This document shows positions 25,091 through 39,862 of a stretch of 64,000 nt of DNA, piece after piece. The position numbers were made by a program, and so were the translations under genes. Numbering within the stretch: the stretch's first letter is position 1; each line of letters begins with the position of its first letter. The notes under the pieces were generated by a model. That model saw nothing but the letters and a program-made list of their open reading frames with translations. It searched no databases and had not been told where the DNA came from. This DNA comes from Phoronis australis (taxonomy: Eukaryota > Animalia > Phoronida). The stretch covers positions 138,783 through 202,782 of the forward strand of contig NMRA01000243.1 of NCBI GenBank assembly GCA_002633005.1, given 5' to 3'.

Positions 25091-28062
25091 AGTAGGGTTG
25101 AAAATAGAAAGCCAAGACGACCTTTAATCACAGTTTTGCACCTCCTTTGCAAAGTTGCCTATGCGTATTCTTCAGGGCCTCTGAGTGAAATATACACTGC
25201 ATGGTAGGATAGCATTCTAATACAGGTCACAGTTAGCGCCATCTGAGAGTCGGCAAAGTAATTAATTATCATGAGCAAATCATTCGCGGGCTGGATCCAG
25301 GAGTTTTGGCATAGCGATATCAACGCAAGTAATTCATACGGAATTATTTATCGACCACTCCTCATGCCTATGGTGCATGATCGTGTAGGCACTCTTGCCT
25401 CCAAGCACCCCTACTGGTCCTGGACCCGTCTCTGCGCATGCAAAGCAGTATGCACGATTAAAAGTTGTTAGTAGCAAAAACATAGACAATTCTGAAAAGT
25501 GTATCACTTTTAAAGCAAGTGCCGCAATAGACGTCCCAATAAACCCAAACGAAGAGTTGCAGAACTTAAAATGTTTCTTATAGCGTTTTTTTGGTCATTT
25601 TGTTGAATGCGTGTTCATACACTGGCGAATCTGTGATTTGTTTCTAGATTTTTAATACGGTTTCCATACTCCAATAAAACTAGTTCAAGTGAGAATGCAT
25701 TGGTTTTGAATGCAACTTTATTCGTGGATATGCACTGCCGTGTTGTTCAGTGGGTTTATAGTAAACCTTATCATTCACATTCGCCTGCAGGCCACAATAA
25801 TTCGTAACCTAAATATCTGCGTCCTGGGACCTCAATTTCGCGAATCAACATCTCGCACCATTGTTTTAGCTAGTTACAGTAACACAGGTTATATAAATCA
25901 GTAGCTGTAATTCGTTTCACGTAGATATTTGTTTTTCTTTCTCTTTATCAAATATCCAAGGACCTCTAGGTTACTCGGACTTTGGTCTTCAGGAACCTGT
26001 CTGTAATTTGACGTACGGTTAATAAATGTAGTTTCATTAGCACAGAATATATGCTTTCAATCAGAAATAATAAAACTATCGTTAACTGCACGTCAGGCGC
26101 ACGTGTTTGGCAGTAAGTGGAGTGTGGAGTTAATTTTAATCAAAGATTTAGCACTTTTCTCAATTCTTACGAATCGTCAGCTGTTTCGCAAAGTGTGTTA
26201 TGTTCTCCTTAAATGAAACTAATTTTTCACTGATTAGAAAAAGAAAAGGGGGTTTCCTGTCCTTTTGGTTTATTTCAGTATTGAATTGGAGAAAGTACAA
26301 AGTTCTCTTGCGAAAATTGTTCAATAAAGCTAACTTAGCAGGCGCGGATCGGGACCGGGTTCAAGCCCTTGAATAGACAATGGAACTCGATATTAATCAG
26401 GTGGTGCAAATTAATAAAGGTTTCTCTTTTTAACATTGGGATGGATTAAAAGTAGAATGTACTTCATCCGTATGGAGCGTTCGTGTCATAACCGACCACG
26501 AGATTTACTTGAATGCAAGCATTTCTATGACAAGTCCCTTACTACACTTGCGACACCTGGTGAATGTCGATTTCACCGTTCCTGTAATGGGAAAATGTGA
26601 AGTACATTCTATGCTTGTCCTTTTCAGACCCTCTCTTGCCGTGATGTTAGATCTGGCCGTGCGTGGTAAATGCTTATTGGAGTGGAAACCCATGAGAACC
26701 CGTTGCTTTCATACACTTCGATTTTTTGTAGAGTGATGTGGTAACTTAACGCAGGCCCAAAGATCTGGCTTTCTTTCCATAGACCTAGTTTCTTGCGAGA
26801 AAAAAAACATCGCAAAACTTCGCAAAATATCGCCATGTATTACAATCAAAGCACGTGATGACTCTAGCTTCCTTAGCGAGAGTCTTGCGTCCACGAAACT
26901 GTACTGGAATGACACGGTGGAAGGAGAGTTATACTATGAACAGCCCCCCCCCATAATTGTTGCACTAATTGTCAAAGGCTTTCATCCATAAAAGAAACGT
27001 AATATTTCGGGCAACCCTTCCGACAACCTGGTAGGGAGTTGGAGAAATTCAATACGAAAGAAAATCAGACGCTGTTCCAGGAGGTCAATTTTTGTATCCC
27101 TGTGATAGTACACTGTGAAGTGCCCCCTATGTCTCTCCATTGTCATACTCTCCCATGGTAATGATCTGGAATCACTCCTGAAAAGATAATGTATTAAATC
27201 AAGGTCATTAAGTAAAAGATGGATGGAAAAGTGATATAGTAATACAGTACAATATATGAACATAGCGGGATAAAATGCCTTTCTCCGGGGTATTTTTTAA
27301 AGTCATATGCAGTACTTATAATATGAAAAAATAAAGGCAGAGTTATTGATTCTTTAGCCTACATTTGGCATGATACGCCGTCAGGCGAATTCATTATCTC
27401 ATTGCCTCATTTTCACCACCTCATAATGTCCTCGTTTTGTTTCTTGGATCACGAGCTTGAACTGTGTCATCTGGGCCGTTGCGACGCTAATGTAATATCA
27501 ACCCCGGCTACGCGAACGACACGGCTGCCGTATTCATAAAAACAGTACGCATTCAGTAAATACGCCCACAAGCTCCATAAACTGATTCACAGTGCAGGAC
27601 TCGCAACACGTGGCTTAGTTAACAGTGTCGTTTCTTCGGAGATGTCGAGGGTGACGATTTACGTGGACAAGGAAGAGAAAAACGGGCAAAGAGCTTCTTC
27701 CAAATTACATTTTCTAAATCTAAAAATGTGGAAAAAATGGATTCATTTCGACTTTTTTGTACGTTTATGATAAATTTACCCGACCCATGTTTGTGGTTTT
27801 TTAGTACTATCATCCAAATCCTGTTCTGATGATTTCAACCAATCCTCATTCTCTCACCTGCTAATACATCGTTGGCGTCAATCTTGAAAGATAAAGGCAG
27901 AAATCAACTAAAAACTCGTACTCCCTATCTCACAAATTCGATGGTCTTTCTTGGTGGGTGATCTTCTCCTACAGTTTTCTATTTTTTCTCCAAACTTTTG
28001 AGGGTTGTCAAGGATTACGAAGCATTATTTTGTGTCATAGAACTGGTTGGAAAGTCGTTTTA

Positions 28063-28304
28063 CATGCGTGCACCCAGGTGGGTTCGGGGGCTCTAACGAG
28101 CCCTCATTTGGCGAAGTGGGCAAAAAGATCGGCCTCAGAGAAACAAAAATTCCGAGAAAACGAGACAAAAGTCTACATGAATTCGGGGCAAATGCACAAT
28201 TCAGAGGTCTGAACATAGTACCCCGTTTTTTTTTTAGTCCCCAGTAAAAGGTCCACATATTAAAAAATTCGAGCCTCCTAAATTTTAGGCTGGGTGCGCA
28301 CATG
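28063..28304. mobile_element. MITE family B
   Basis: TSD tttta/tttta. Confidence 0.85.
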
Positions 28305-31300
28305 TTTTAGTCTCTGTTAATAGGCCAGAACCAGCTTTGGTATCATTTTAAATGAGAACACATGATTACGTCTAGATTTTCTAGCCGCAAGACAGCTACT
28401 CAACTCTACACTGTTTAGTGCACAAGCTGATAATATGCTTATGGGTACAAACATAAACCTTTAATAGAGCTCGCGGGCTAACTTTCTGTGTGTTCAGTTG
28501 CCGGGGTCTGACATTTGCACTTGAAATCGAAATTATTTCTGTCATTTTCCATCAGTTTGCTTTTTTACAAACTCACGATACAGTGTCTGTGGTCGGGTAT
28601 AATGTGATTCACAAAGTTCGCACTTGATTGGAGATACAAAACCCGATTTCGAGATTGAACTCGAACACGTGGCTTTAATGCAGGGGTCATCCATTGCGAA
28701 CTATGATTCGACAGTCATCTGCGTAATCCATAATGTACTCGACCACGGAATATAAAATACAGTTATCTTGAGTTCGCTTCCTGGACATGAGTTAAGGAAC
28801 ATTGATCCACCAAGCTTTATTTTTTAACTACTTTATGCCTTTTCTTGTCAAATATATCGGCTTACATTTGTAAAGTTAAGGTGCAGCGTTGTGTAATTGG
28901 AAGTGTCGAGAATGCTTTTGAGGTCTTAAATAACTTGGGTTATCCCAACCGTTGTCGGAAAAATTGCATATGAAATAGTGAATAGTTGAAGTGATAAAAT
29001 TGCTACATAATGAAACTTTACCTTTGCGATCAACGATGTAGAAGTCGTTAATTTTTTCTTTAAAGAGGCATGGAACGCGAAAGATCGTCAAAATATCTTT
29101 AAAACAGGTTCTGACGAAGGTACCATCTCGCAAGGTGTATCACAGAGTTATTCACTTCCCCTGTAAGAGAAGTTTAGAATCCACGAAAAATCACAAAATT
29201 CACGATTTTTGAAATACGCGCGAAGGAAAAATTTTGTAGTCACCACAGATTTTCTAATCTTCCTCCCACTAATAAATATGCGCGCATTCGCTCACGGTCA
29301 TTCGACAAACAGCTTACTGACAAGAAGGATATTACGGTAGATTACCATGTATTATCGCACTCCGCATCCGAGGTGGCCACTGCACTTCAGCATGAAGCCG
29401 GTGAAGCAAGAGATTTCTCAAAAAGACTTCCAAGTGCATTTGGAATATATTTGAATACCATGATACCTTATGAGGTATACGTGTACATTTATGACTGATC
29501 ATATTAAACAAGGAGACGTGGTTTTTGTCTTGTGGGAGAAAAATCAACGAAGTGACGAGCAGTTGACAGATTATTATTTTTTGAAAATTGAAACTAAAAG
29601 AAAAATGCTTTCACATCAACGGTGGGTGAGTCGTGTTTGTAAATCAGGGCACGGGTTTTTGAGTGGAGGAATTGAGAACATAGGGTGCATGAGCCGCGTT
29701 TACAAGTGAGAAACTACGTTTGTAAATGCGGCAACCGTGTTGCTCGGGTAGGCTGAAACGTGTGCGCTACCATCATTAAAGAAACCTGCAGAACCACAGG
29801 CCTTCAACGGGTTCTAATGTTCACGGCAGCCTATCCGCGCATTCAGGCCCATGTGCCCGGATGTGCCTGCAGCGGTATATTTCAATTTAGGTACATGCGT
29901 CTTTATTCCTTGTGTATAACCAAAGAGATTTTTAAAGCTTTTGAAATTTCACGAGAACGGAGGTTATAAAACGATATATGTTGAAACGTTTGCAATTTTA
30001 AAATTTGAACGAAACCACACGTGACATATCCGTGTTGAAGGAATTCTCGGTGAGGCTATGCGGATGCAAAAATATATAGGAGCAATCGTGTTGTATACGT
30101 GCCATGCAGGCGTGTTTGAAAGATTCAGTCCTTTTAAGCTTGAGCAAAATCAATATTTTGGAAAAAACGCATTATTTCTGATACAGGCACAATACGACAC
30201 TTCCCTTCTGTTCTGTACCTCGTCAGCACGCGTTGTAGTCTTATATCTATTAAAATTCGCTTCTCATACGTTTTATCTCTCTGCTAGATTGTATATTGTT
30301 AAAAAAAAAAACAGTTTGGTCAATGACCGCTCGCATTTCCCAGATTTCCAGGCATTCGACTGCTGCACGCCTGGGTTCATGAAAAATCCACCCTCGCAAT
30401 ATCTTTGCCAGCAACTTTTGTCTAAATCAGTTGCTTAGGATCTATATCTGTGTGCAGTACCGGTCCCGCTCGATGAGATAGAGATACCATTGTTTAGGTC
30501 AAAATGAATTTAAAGTAACAGACATTGATAACGGAGGCCGCCTGGTGGGGTTGTGAAACAGCTGAAAATGGAGGATATTTGAGCAAATGCTAAAATTTTC
30601 ATAAAAAGCAATAAAAAAGCAAGGAAGCAAATGCCACAAACCAATTTTATGAATGTGGTAAAACGGAAAGGAATGCCAATCTAGGATGAAATGGGAGGTA
30701 TGCTGCTGCCGCTCTTGGGTGTCAATGAACTATACACGATAACTTACAGAAAATGTGGTCATAGTTGTTTGCAATATGACTGGAAGCAGTCTTGAGAAAC
30801 GTTGCACGCATTTTCTAACCTTGTACTCGAAACATTTTTTCGTGACCATTCGGAGAACGATAACGTGATATTATAGTAACAGTTCTAATTTGGTGTTATT
30901 GTCGGCGAGATAAGCCGTTTCCCGAGAACAGCCCCATCGCGAAATCGAACACGCAATCGCGGTGGTTGCAGTTCAACGCTTTGCTAACAGAGCACAGCCT
31001 CAATTGTTAAATGGCAAAGTATTATAATCGTAGTTTTGATAGTCATCGGCTTTGATTTCTGGGAATGGCTGGCAGGCAACTTCACGTGGGAATTGGTGAT
31101 TTGTATTAAAATTATAAAAACAAATTAACACATTTTGTTGTTTTATAGCTCTGGACAAAACTAATATCTTCGAGTAGTTAAAGACGTTATGTCTCATTAA
31201 AACCGTGAATATTTAAATTTGTAGCAAGCACCACCTAGTGACTTCCTGGAGAACTTTGTGTACAAGCATAATCAGGAAAAGAAACAATTTGTAAATACAT

Positions 31301-31885
31301 TGCGGCTTAAAAACACTACTGATAGAGACGAGAGACTATGATTTAAATACCTTGCCAATTATTTGATAAATGCTGAGAATCGCCGAAATGAATTCCTTGA
31401 AATAGATTAATTTTGTCAAATATCCTCTGCTCTCCATGTCTTAATTTAATTGTATTGTGGGCTGGACTGTCTGACTTGAATGTATGATTGTTTGTGTAAT
31501 GGGCCGGACTCTATGTATTGTATATTTGTATTGAGGGACGCACTCTATGTGTATTGTATGTTTGTATAGTGGGCTGGAGGCCTGTCACATTAACTAAAGC
31601 CTTCTACATTTTTAAAATTTATTACAAAACATGTTGTCATATTTGACTGCATAGCACCACTTCTTGCATTATTTCGAACTGGGTGTAATTTTAAAGTCTC
31701 TCCAAGAATCCCGCGAGAGGGAAGGTTGGTGTTTCCGGAACAAAACTATTATAATTAAGAAAGGATAATTTCATCTTGCAAGCTCTCTACAAATGTCTTC
31801 CCTTTTTGAATTCAGTCTCTAAATTGCTGGGTATCCTCATTTTTCAGCTGCACCTCCTACCTATCAAAAACAATAGCATAGTACC

Positions 31886-32008
31886 CGCGAGGGTAATGGT
31901 CGTATATAAAGTGTCCGAGTTTTGAGAACCAGTTTTCTCCATTGAATAACGGGCATGAAACTGGTTCTCAAAATCACGGGCGCGTTATATCCGACTATTG
32001 AGCCCGCG
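31886..32008. repeat. Short palindromic dispersed repeat
   Basis: ttttgagaaccagttt...aaactggttctcaaaa core. Related arms at about 4870-4925, 53220-53272 and 56575-56665. Confidence 0.7.
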
Positions 32009-33433
32009 AACATACACGTGAATTTTGGTGCTTTTGCAGAACAGCGCTCTACTTGTGAGCCACTGAGAAAACTGGTTATTTCGCGTTATATGAACAGAGT
32101 TTAATTTTTTTTTTGAGATAATACTCCGTCCGTGGTCCCTACACCTGCGAAAAACCAGTGTGCGACCTTCAAAGCTGGAAAATATGTGGACAAGCATCAA
32201 CACCGTGCGAAGAAATACACGATTTTAAAGTACCATAAACCTGCGACTATTTTACTGGTTATAAGCTATACAATTTAGTTTAATCTTGTCTTTACCTTTG
32301 CGGTAGCCGGGTATAAAAGGTCGAGGGTATACGGAAGAGATTCGATAATTTGCACGTCCGAAGGTGGCACATGTCGCCTACTGTGGAATTTGTGCCCGCA
32401 TCTGTCGCAAAAAGTACTCAAATTTAAACAATTAATGACCTTAACATAAACTTGTTCATTATTATACACCAAAAGGCATGCCTGGTTATGGTCGGCGTCC
32501 GCATTATTTTTGAAGCGCACCCCCGCAACACTTTTTGCTTGAACATCATGCGTTTTTTCCTTAAAGCCTGTTGGCTTGGCTTGTCAGCTTGTGTGACCGC
32601 TGAAAGTGACAAAACTGGCGACAATAAAGCACTGATAAAATGCACTAAGTTCAACAGAATTACATGAATTTTTTCAGACAACACTTCAATCATTTTCTAA
32701 CAATTCTTCAATTTTCTAACATGAATGTGTTTTTCTTCCATTTTTTAAAAACCTCCAAGACCAGTTACCCTCGACTTTCCCGGATGTTGAATCACGTGAT
32801 CTTCAGGTACTACCTCACTGGCATGCTCACTTTGGTAGTTATCAGGTTTTCAAAGCGGTTTAGACCATTCAGGAATTAAAGCGAGCTTTTTATAATTATG
32901 CCGCCCACTGGCTGAAATAGATTCAGCGAAAAGTGTCTCAGTGAGATATTCCGGCTCTCGGTTCATTAGTCAAAAATGAGATTATGAACTTTTCAAAACA
33001 ATTTTCAGTGGGTTCACGCTTAAAATCAAAGTTATCGGCACGGGAGAGGAATGCAAATCTACGCGGCTGCGTCTACCAGCCGCTACTGCTCGTCATTTCT
33101 GGAGGTGTTCAACTGAGTCCAGCCCTCGATTTCGTTCACAAATGTGGTTGTCACCGGTGTTCTGCTTCGGCTCTTCGCGTCCTGGCTGCACAGCGCCCCC
33201 GTCGGCCATTATCTGACGACGCTAAGCCGACGGGAACAGCTGATGATGTCGGCCTGGCGTCGCGATTCCCGGACTTTGGTTAAAGCTTTCGTTGGGGATC
33301 GTCTATTTATAATAAAATCACAAATGAAAATTTATCAGACTTCTGTTTTGCCGGTAGTTCCGGTCAAAGCTAATTGACATCAACTCAAATTTTGTCAGTT
33401 GGGCTTTCAAGTCCTCAGTGAAGTATTCCTATG

Positions 33434-33667
33434 CATGCGCGCACCCACCCTTCAACGTACGTGGGGGTCTCGAATTCCTGACGTTGTGGACCTTTTGGTA
33501 ACAAAAAAGCGGGCTGACTAAAAAAAACAGGGGCACCACTGTGAATTGCGCGTTTGTGCATGTTCAGTGGATTTTTGTCTCATTTTCTCGGACGTTGTTT
33601 CTCAGAGGCGGATCTTTTAGCCCACTTCGCCAAATGGGGGTGGGGCTCCCACCTGAATGCGCGCATG
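33434..33667. mobile_element. MITE family B (opposite orientation)
   Basis: TSD ctatg/ctatg. Confidence 0.85.
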
Positions 33668-34328
33668 CTATGTTGCATTGCGCCCCTCGTAATAACCTAC
33701 AAGCCTACGGCCGTCTTAACTACGACACTGGACTTACCTTTGATAAAACGGGTACCAGGATCGAAAGCCCGGCGAGTACGCCCTGACTCAGCAAATGACT
33801 ATAGACACGGTCAATGCAAGTCACTCGGCTCGGACGACGCTACTAGGCCGCGGATCCCAACGCCACTGTTCTATCCACTAAGGATAGCAGGCCGGGAAAA
33901 ACTTGTCCGTCACATAACGCTTCCGATCTGACTGTTTTCCAAAAGCCAGGCGAAAATGGTTTTAGGTGACAGTCAGGTGATAATTTGGGAGAGTTTGTCC
34001 TGCTGTCACTCGTAAAAAAATCTTTGGCCGGACCCGGCGAGTGGCGGTTGCGCCGTAGTACTGAGAAGAAAGCCGTATTCGGCAGCGGGATACAATAGGG
34101 CGCTGGCCCCGGGCCAGCCGATTTTGAATGAATCGCTCGTGTTTGATATCGGACCGCCTCCGGGTGATCGGCCCGACCTGCATGTAGAGTCATAGTGGAG
34201 TGATATCAGCGGCCGCCGCATTTATTCGATGTCCGCCGTACAGATTTCAAGCCGATTGTACACGTTATTGGCATTACACCGATAGTCCCGATCCCCGGCG
34301 ACAATGAGATTGACATAAATCCAGTCTC

Positions 34329-34644
34329 CAGTGGCGGATTTACGAGGGGGAGGGCTAAGGGGGCCATGCCCCCCCCCCTAAAATTATCCCAGGTACCGGC
34401 ATTTGGCAGTTCGGGGTGCGAGTCAGTGCTGACTACCATATATGCGCGCACCCCAGGGTGCAGGGGGCGAATGCACAATACATAGGCTTGAACAAACCTC
34501 ATTTACCTTTTTTAGTCATAAGGTCCATAAACCCAAAAATCAAGACTCCTGCGTCCCTACATTTTAGACTGGGCGCGCGCATGTGGCGAAATTCCTGATT
34601 ACCGCTGTGCCCTGCCCCCCTCAAAATCCTGGATCGCACCCATA
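34329..34644. mobile_element. Composite MITE: family A carrying a family-B-like insert (34441-34583)
   Basis: Family A termini with TSD gtctc/gtctc. Internal atgcgcgcaccc...gggcgcgcgcatg. Confidence 0.8.
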
Positions 34645-36801
34645 GTCTCAATCACTGCAACCGGTGGTATCGGTGAGCATCCGTCCGAGTGTATATGTGC
34701 GACTGCGGGATTGTAAGATGACAAAACGACGGATGCCTCATGTGCCGGTCCGACGTGCCACGGCAATCGTGAATTAATACATCTGACTTCAACCGGTCCC
34801 GGCCGGCATGGCCCGGCAGCCTAACGCCATCTTTCGCGCATTTTTCAAGTCGCTTTTGTTCAAGAAGGCTCTATATATTCAAGCGGGGACGCAAGTGACA
34901 TTTATGCATTTGAGCAGCTGACAGAACGACAAGGATTTGTTGAAATGGGTTTAGTATATTAAAGCGGCAATAACTTACTGTTAAACTTGCGTTCGGTTAG
35001 GTCGACTAAAGAAACTTTAGATTTGGATAAAAGCTTGCATGATCGGGTCCCAACTAGTACGTTAACCCATAAAACAACATCAGTCCGTTATCAGCTTCAG
35101 TTGGTTTGTACGACACGCAGGTATCATTCAGTAACACTGTTTTATCATTGGTTGATATAACCTCGGCATTCATTGGTTAGCTTTACAACAAAGAAAGAAA
35201 ATGGCGGACTGTGAACAATTTTTAGCCTTGCCACTGATGCAAGTGGTTTGACAGCAAATATTTCGTTTCTGCGGTAATGTTTAATAGCCGCATGCCAGAA
35301 GCACATACAATGCACATACACTGATCTGGCCGATTTAACCGGTGTGTTAATCATACTATGTGAATACAAGAGAGCAACGTAAACAAAGGTCAGCGACAGT
35401 AGAAAATGCACACCGAAAAAGTCACCGGCAATCACAACTTTCCGATTCACATTCTCTTGAACATATCCCAATTAAAGCACCGATTTGTCAGTACAACAAA
35501 CCCAAAACTATAATATTATGTACATTAACACTTTTTCTTCCAGTCATACTAGTTTGTTTATGTAAAGCTCTATCTGTCGAGCATTTGACCAGCCAATCAG
35601 AAACGCTGGTGTAAAAAAATTCCCGAGGAAAATTAAATGATACCTGCGTGTCCTCTACCCCCTAGCGGACATGCAGGGAAGCTACTCAAATCAGGTGTGA
35701 TTGGTCTTTAGGCCAGAAGTTGTCACAGACAACCCATCAAATGTCTTGGCACGCGATTTAACCTGTGGAACAAGCGCACCCAAGTGTCACAGCACCCACT
35801 GTTTTCTTTATTGTCTCCTAGCAAATTTTAGGGCTAACTTACAGATATACTTCTGAAATGTTCACAAACTGACAAAACCAGTAACAGCTGACAATAGGAA
35901 TGTGAGTATATTACTTATCACCGTGATTGTCTATCCACATATCACCACAAATCAAAGTTCACAGCACCAAGATTAGCACCCATTACAAAACATGTCCAAA
36001 AATCAATCTTACATGTAGTTGAAATGATTAGTAACACTCTTACAAAATTTAACAATTATCCAAAAAATATAAAATAAACAGACATTGTTTACAAATCAAG
36101 AAGGGCTAATACAATGTACCTCCTTACAACTTAAATTCTACAAATTTAAAATTGCCCTCAAACCAACTATTAAAGCAGCCTTTGACCTCACCTGTAGGGG
36201 GAGAGGTGCTTGAGAGCTAACAATTTCGTTTGCTGGGTTGAGGTGCAAATATTGTTCATTAAAGCTATCAAATCTTTGGTGAAATACACAATCTCACAAA
36301 GGCAAAATACATGTGCCAAAATTNGGCAATCACAATAAGGAAAAAGCTCACAGGGTCCTCCAAGCAGCATGGGGATGCTTGAGCCTTCTGTTTCCCCTAA
36401 ATCCACCTCTGTAGTCCTGTTAGCATAAGAGCTGCCTAATACTGGCAATGCATAAATATGGTACAACATGTTTTTGTGAACATGTCCCCCATACTGTGTC
36501 TCCACAATTTGACAGATTTGACCGTACTAACTCTGCAACAACAGTGAAGCGTCATCACTCTGCTATTTTTATTCGCCTCCCTGCCTACCCCCAGTGCGAG
36601 TGCTCTCTCATGAATGGGTGTCCCTTCCCCAAACTGAATGGCTTTTCACGTTACTCCTACTGGGATTGCATTAATATTTTAAAAAACGATACTGCAACAT
36701 TAGAGGTCCACTCTTCTAGATATGTATGACACCCTTTGCATACGCTGGTGTATAGGCACTATTCACAAAGACCACTTTATAACATAACAACCTGCACTTA
36801 A

Positions 36802-37137
36802 AAGGATACCAAACCCAGTTTTGGCTTATTAACAGGTACTAAAACGGCTTTCCACCCACTCTGAAACAAAATAATGCTCTGTAACCATGACAACCCTCAA
36901 AGGAAAACGTGAAAACTCTTTTCAAAGTCTGAAAAACGGGGAAGCGTGGCCTACGCTTTTAGCGCTATACACAGCAACTGTGGGAAAAGATCACCCACCA
37001 AGGACCATAATGTCCAATTTGTGAAATAGTTGACTCCTGCAGCTTTTACCTTTCAAGATTGACACCAATTATGCACTAGCAGGTGACAGAATGAGGATTG
37101 GTTGATATTAATCAAAACAGGGTTAAGTGTAGTACTT
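36802..37137. mobile_element. TTAA-flanked MITE (Kolobok-like)
   Basis: ttaa|aaggatac..cccagttttg ... caaaacagggt..tactt|ttaa. Homologous along its length to 57847-58195. Confidence 0.75.
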
Positions 37138-37176
37138 TTAAAGATGTTACAAATCTGCCTTCATAAAAAACCTAAC

Positions 37177-38161
37177 ATTTGATTTTGACTAGTTGCAATT
37201 ACAAAATTGATCTCGACATATTTGATTTTGACTAGTTGCAATTACAAAATTGATCTCGACATATTTGATTTTGACTAGTTGCAATTACAAAATTGATCTC
37301 GACATATTTGATTTTGACTAGTTGCAATTACAAAATTGATCTCGACATATTTGATTTTGACTAGTTGCAATTACAAAATTGATCTCGACATATTTGATTT
37401 TGACTAGTTGCAATTACAAAATTGATCTCGACATATTTGATTTTGACTAGTTGCAATTACAAAATTGATCTCGACATATTTGATTTTGACTAGTTGCAAT
37501 TACAAAATTGATCTCGACATATTTGATTTTGACTAGTTGCAATTACAAAATTGATCTCGACATATTTGATTTTGACTAGTTGCAATTACAAAATTGATCT
37601 CGACATATTTGATTTTGACTAGTTGCAATTACAAAATTGATCTCGACATATTTGATTTTGACTAGTTGCAATTACAAAATTGATCTCGACATATTTGATT
37701 TTGACTAGTTGCAATTACAAAATTGATCTCGACATATTTGATTTTGACTAGTTGCAATTACAAAATTGATCTCGACATATTTGATTTTGACTAGTTGCAA
37801 TTACAAAATTGATCTCGACATATTTGATTTTGACTAGTTGCAATTACAAAATTGATCTCGACATATTTGATTTTGACTAGTTGCAATTACAAAATTGATC
37901 TCGACATATTTGATTTTGACTAGTTGCAATTACAAAATTGATCTCGACATATTTGATTTTGACTAGTTGCAATTACAAAATTGATCTCGACATATTTGAT
38001 TTTGACTAGTTGCAATTACAAAATTGATCTCGACATATTTGATTTTGACTAGTTGCAATTACAAAATTGATCTCGACATATTTGATTTTGACTAGTTGCA
38101 ATTACAAAATTGATCTCGACATATTTGATTTTGACTAGTTGCAATTACAAAATTGATCTCG
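37177..38161. repeat. 43-bp perfect tandem array, about 23 copies
   Basis: Unit catatttgattttgactagttgcaattacaaaattgatctcga with no variants seen. Ends at N 38162. Confidence 0.95.
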
Positions 38162-39555
38162 NTTATGTATTTATTTTCAGAAACTTTGCATTTTTGCTCA
38201 AAGTGAGATTTTGCTATTTTTCAAAAAAGTTGAGTGGAGCTAAGACTAATTTTCTATCTTAAGTCATTACTCTCTTCATGAAACCGAGTACAGGCTCAAC
38301 AAGTTAGTTACAGTGGGTCATTACATTCACTAAGCTTGCTGAGTTTGGTCACAATCAATAACAAAGTTCTCCGATAAACAAATCACTTCTCAGTCACATG
38401 AGCAAAGAACAAATCAAAATTTCTCTTACAACAGCAAGTGCTGGTGGTCAAAAGTGTTCCTCTGATGGCACACTGTTAAATCATACAGCATTCCGATTTC
38501 ATTGCAACTTAACTGGAGAAGTGACTCTCGGGTTAACTGTGTGAAAAGTCCATTTCTGACTTTGACTTTGGGAATACATTTCATGAGACCAAAACTAACA
38601 ATAATCGAGAACATACACTAACAAGAAAGGAACATCGCGCTGTGTCTAACATCAAAACAAACCCTACGACTTCCATACATTCCCAAAGCAACCTCAGCTT
38701 TGGCTCAAAATGGTATCAACAGGCAATAACCAAACTGAAAAAAATTGTTAAAGTTTGAATGGAATTCTCTCACTGTGTTGGAAATCATCAAGATCGTATC
38801 CCACTCTCAAGTACAAGGCACAAACACGCTATAGTGCATAACTGCATCTGGTATCAAGAGCATTTGCTGCCTAAAACACCACTTCTATTATAATTGCTGT
38901 GACCCAATGAAGTGGAGTGTGAAAACACTACAATAAATATAAAAACAAAAATGATTACAAAACATGACCTAGGGGTTATCTACAGGTCGGGATCTACCCA
39001 CCAAACCTTGCTAATATGAAGTGCTGACTGCTGAACTTGGGACAAAAATCTGATTTTTATGCGTATGGCTCATGCGAGTTTTAGTGAACGTAACAGCAGC
39101 AATCTAAATCTGTATTATAACTGAAGAAAAACGGAGTATGATGGTTTGAAACAAGGCGACGTTGAAACACAAGCTTAAGGTGTTAAACAATACAACTCCA
39201 CTCCAGGATAAACAGAAATAACTCGAGCTTGTTGGTTTTGTATAATTTCACCGTCATAGAACAGATTTTCAAACTCTGGGCCCGTCTTATGAAAGCCCTA
39301 GTGCGCCACTTGCGTCAATCAACAGTTTCACTCTACATGTCATCAAACGTACAAGCTGGAAGCAACACCGTCTCACTGGCCAGGTGTCGCCAACGAGAAA
39401 TTTACACCAATGAACTATAAGGTGAAGCGGGGAAAGTGGGGCGAAATTTCAGAGCATGCAAAATTGCCTGCCTCATGCCGTTAAGAATAGCCTTCCTCGT
39501 GCATTTAGGAATACACTAAGTTGGCACTCCATGTGATAATAGTTTATGACACAAT

Positions 39556-39862
39556 CTAATCAATCTTCTGTAAATGCCGTGAGTCGTCCGACACCTTTGC
39601 CATCACCACTTTCAAGGCGCCACGTACTAGCTTGCGGAACCAGAAGAGGTTACAAGAGTCTAGAACAAGGCTGGCACCGATAAGAACGAACTGGACATGT
39701 CCCAGGCGTATGAATCCTTCTGTTTGCGACAAGGCGTATATGGTGTAATAGAAGTACGGCATGGCGGCGACACGGAAGAGGAAGAATGAAACTGTTAACA
39801 ATACTCCATTGACAATGTAGAACGACGATGTCTTGCCAATCTTTAGTTCATCAAAGAAAATT
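39556..39862 (-). CDS. TLCD4: TLCD4 last coding exon
   Basis: Acceptor ctctcttccag. IFFDELKIGKTSSFYIVNGVLLTVSFFLFRV...QKID*. Confidence 0.93.

Noticed and set aside
37177-38161. CRISPR-like regular array
   Set aside because: Units are contiguous and identical with no spacers, there are no cas genes, and the context is eukaryotic.
22000-39500. Additional gene in the 17-kb intergenic region
   Set aside because: No exon with a recognisable protein motif was found by eye. The region is dominated by dispersed repeats. Small or non-coding exons cannot be excluded.
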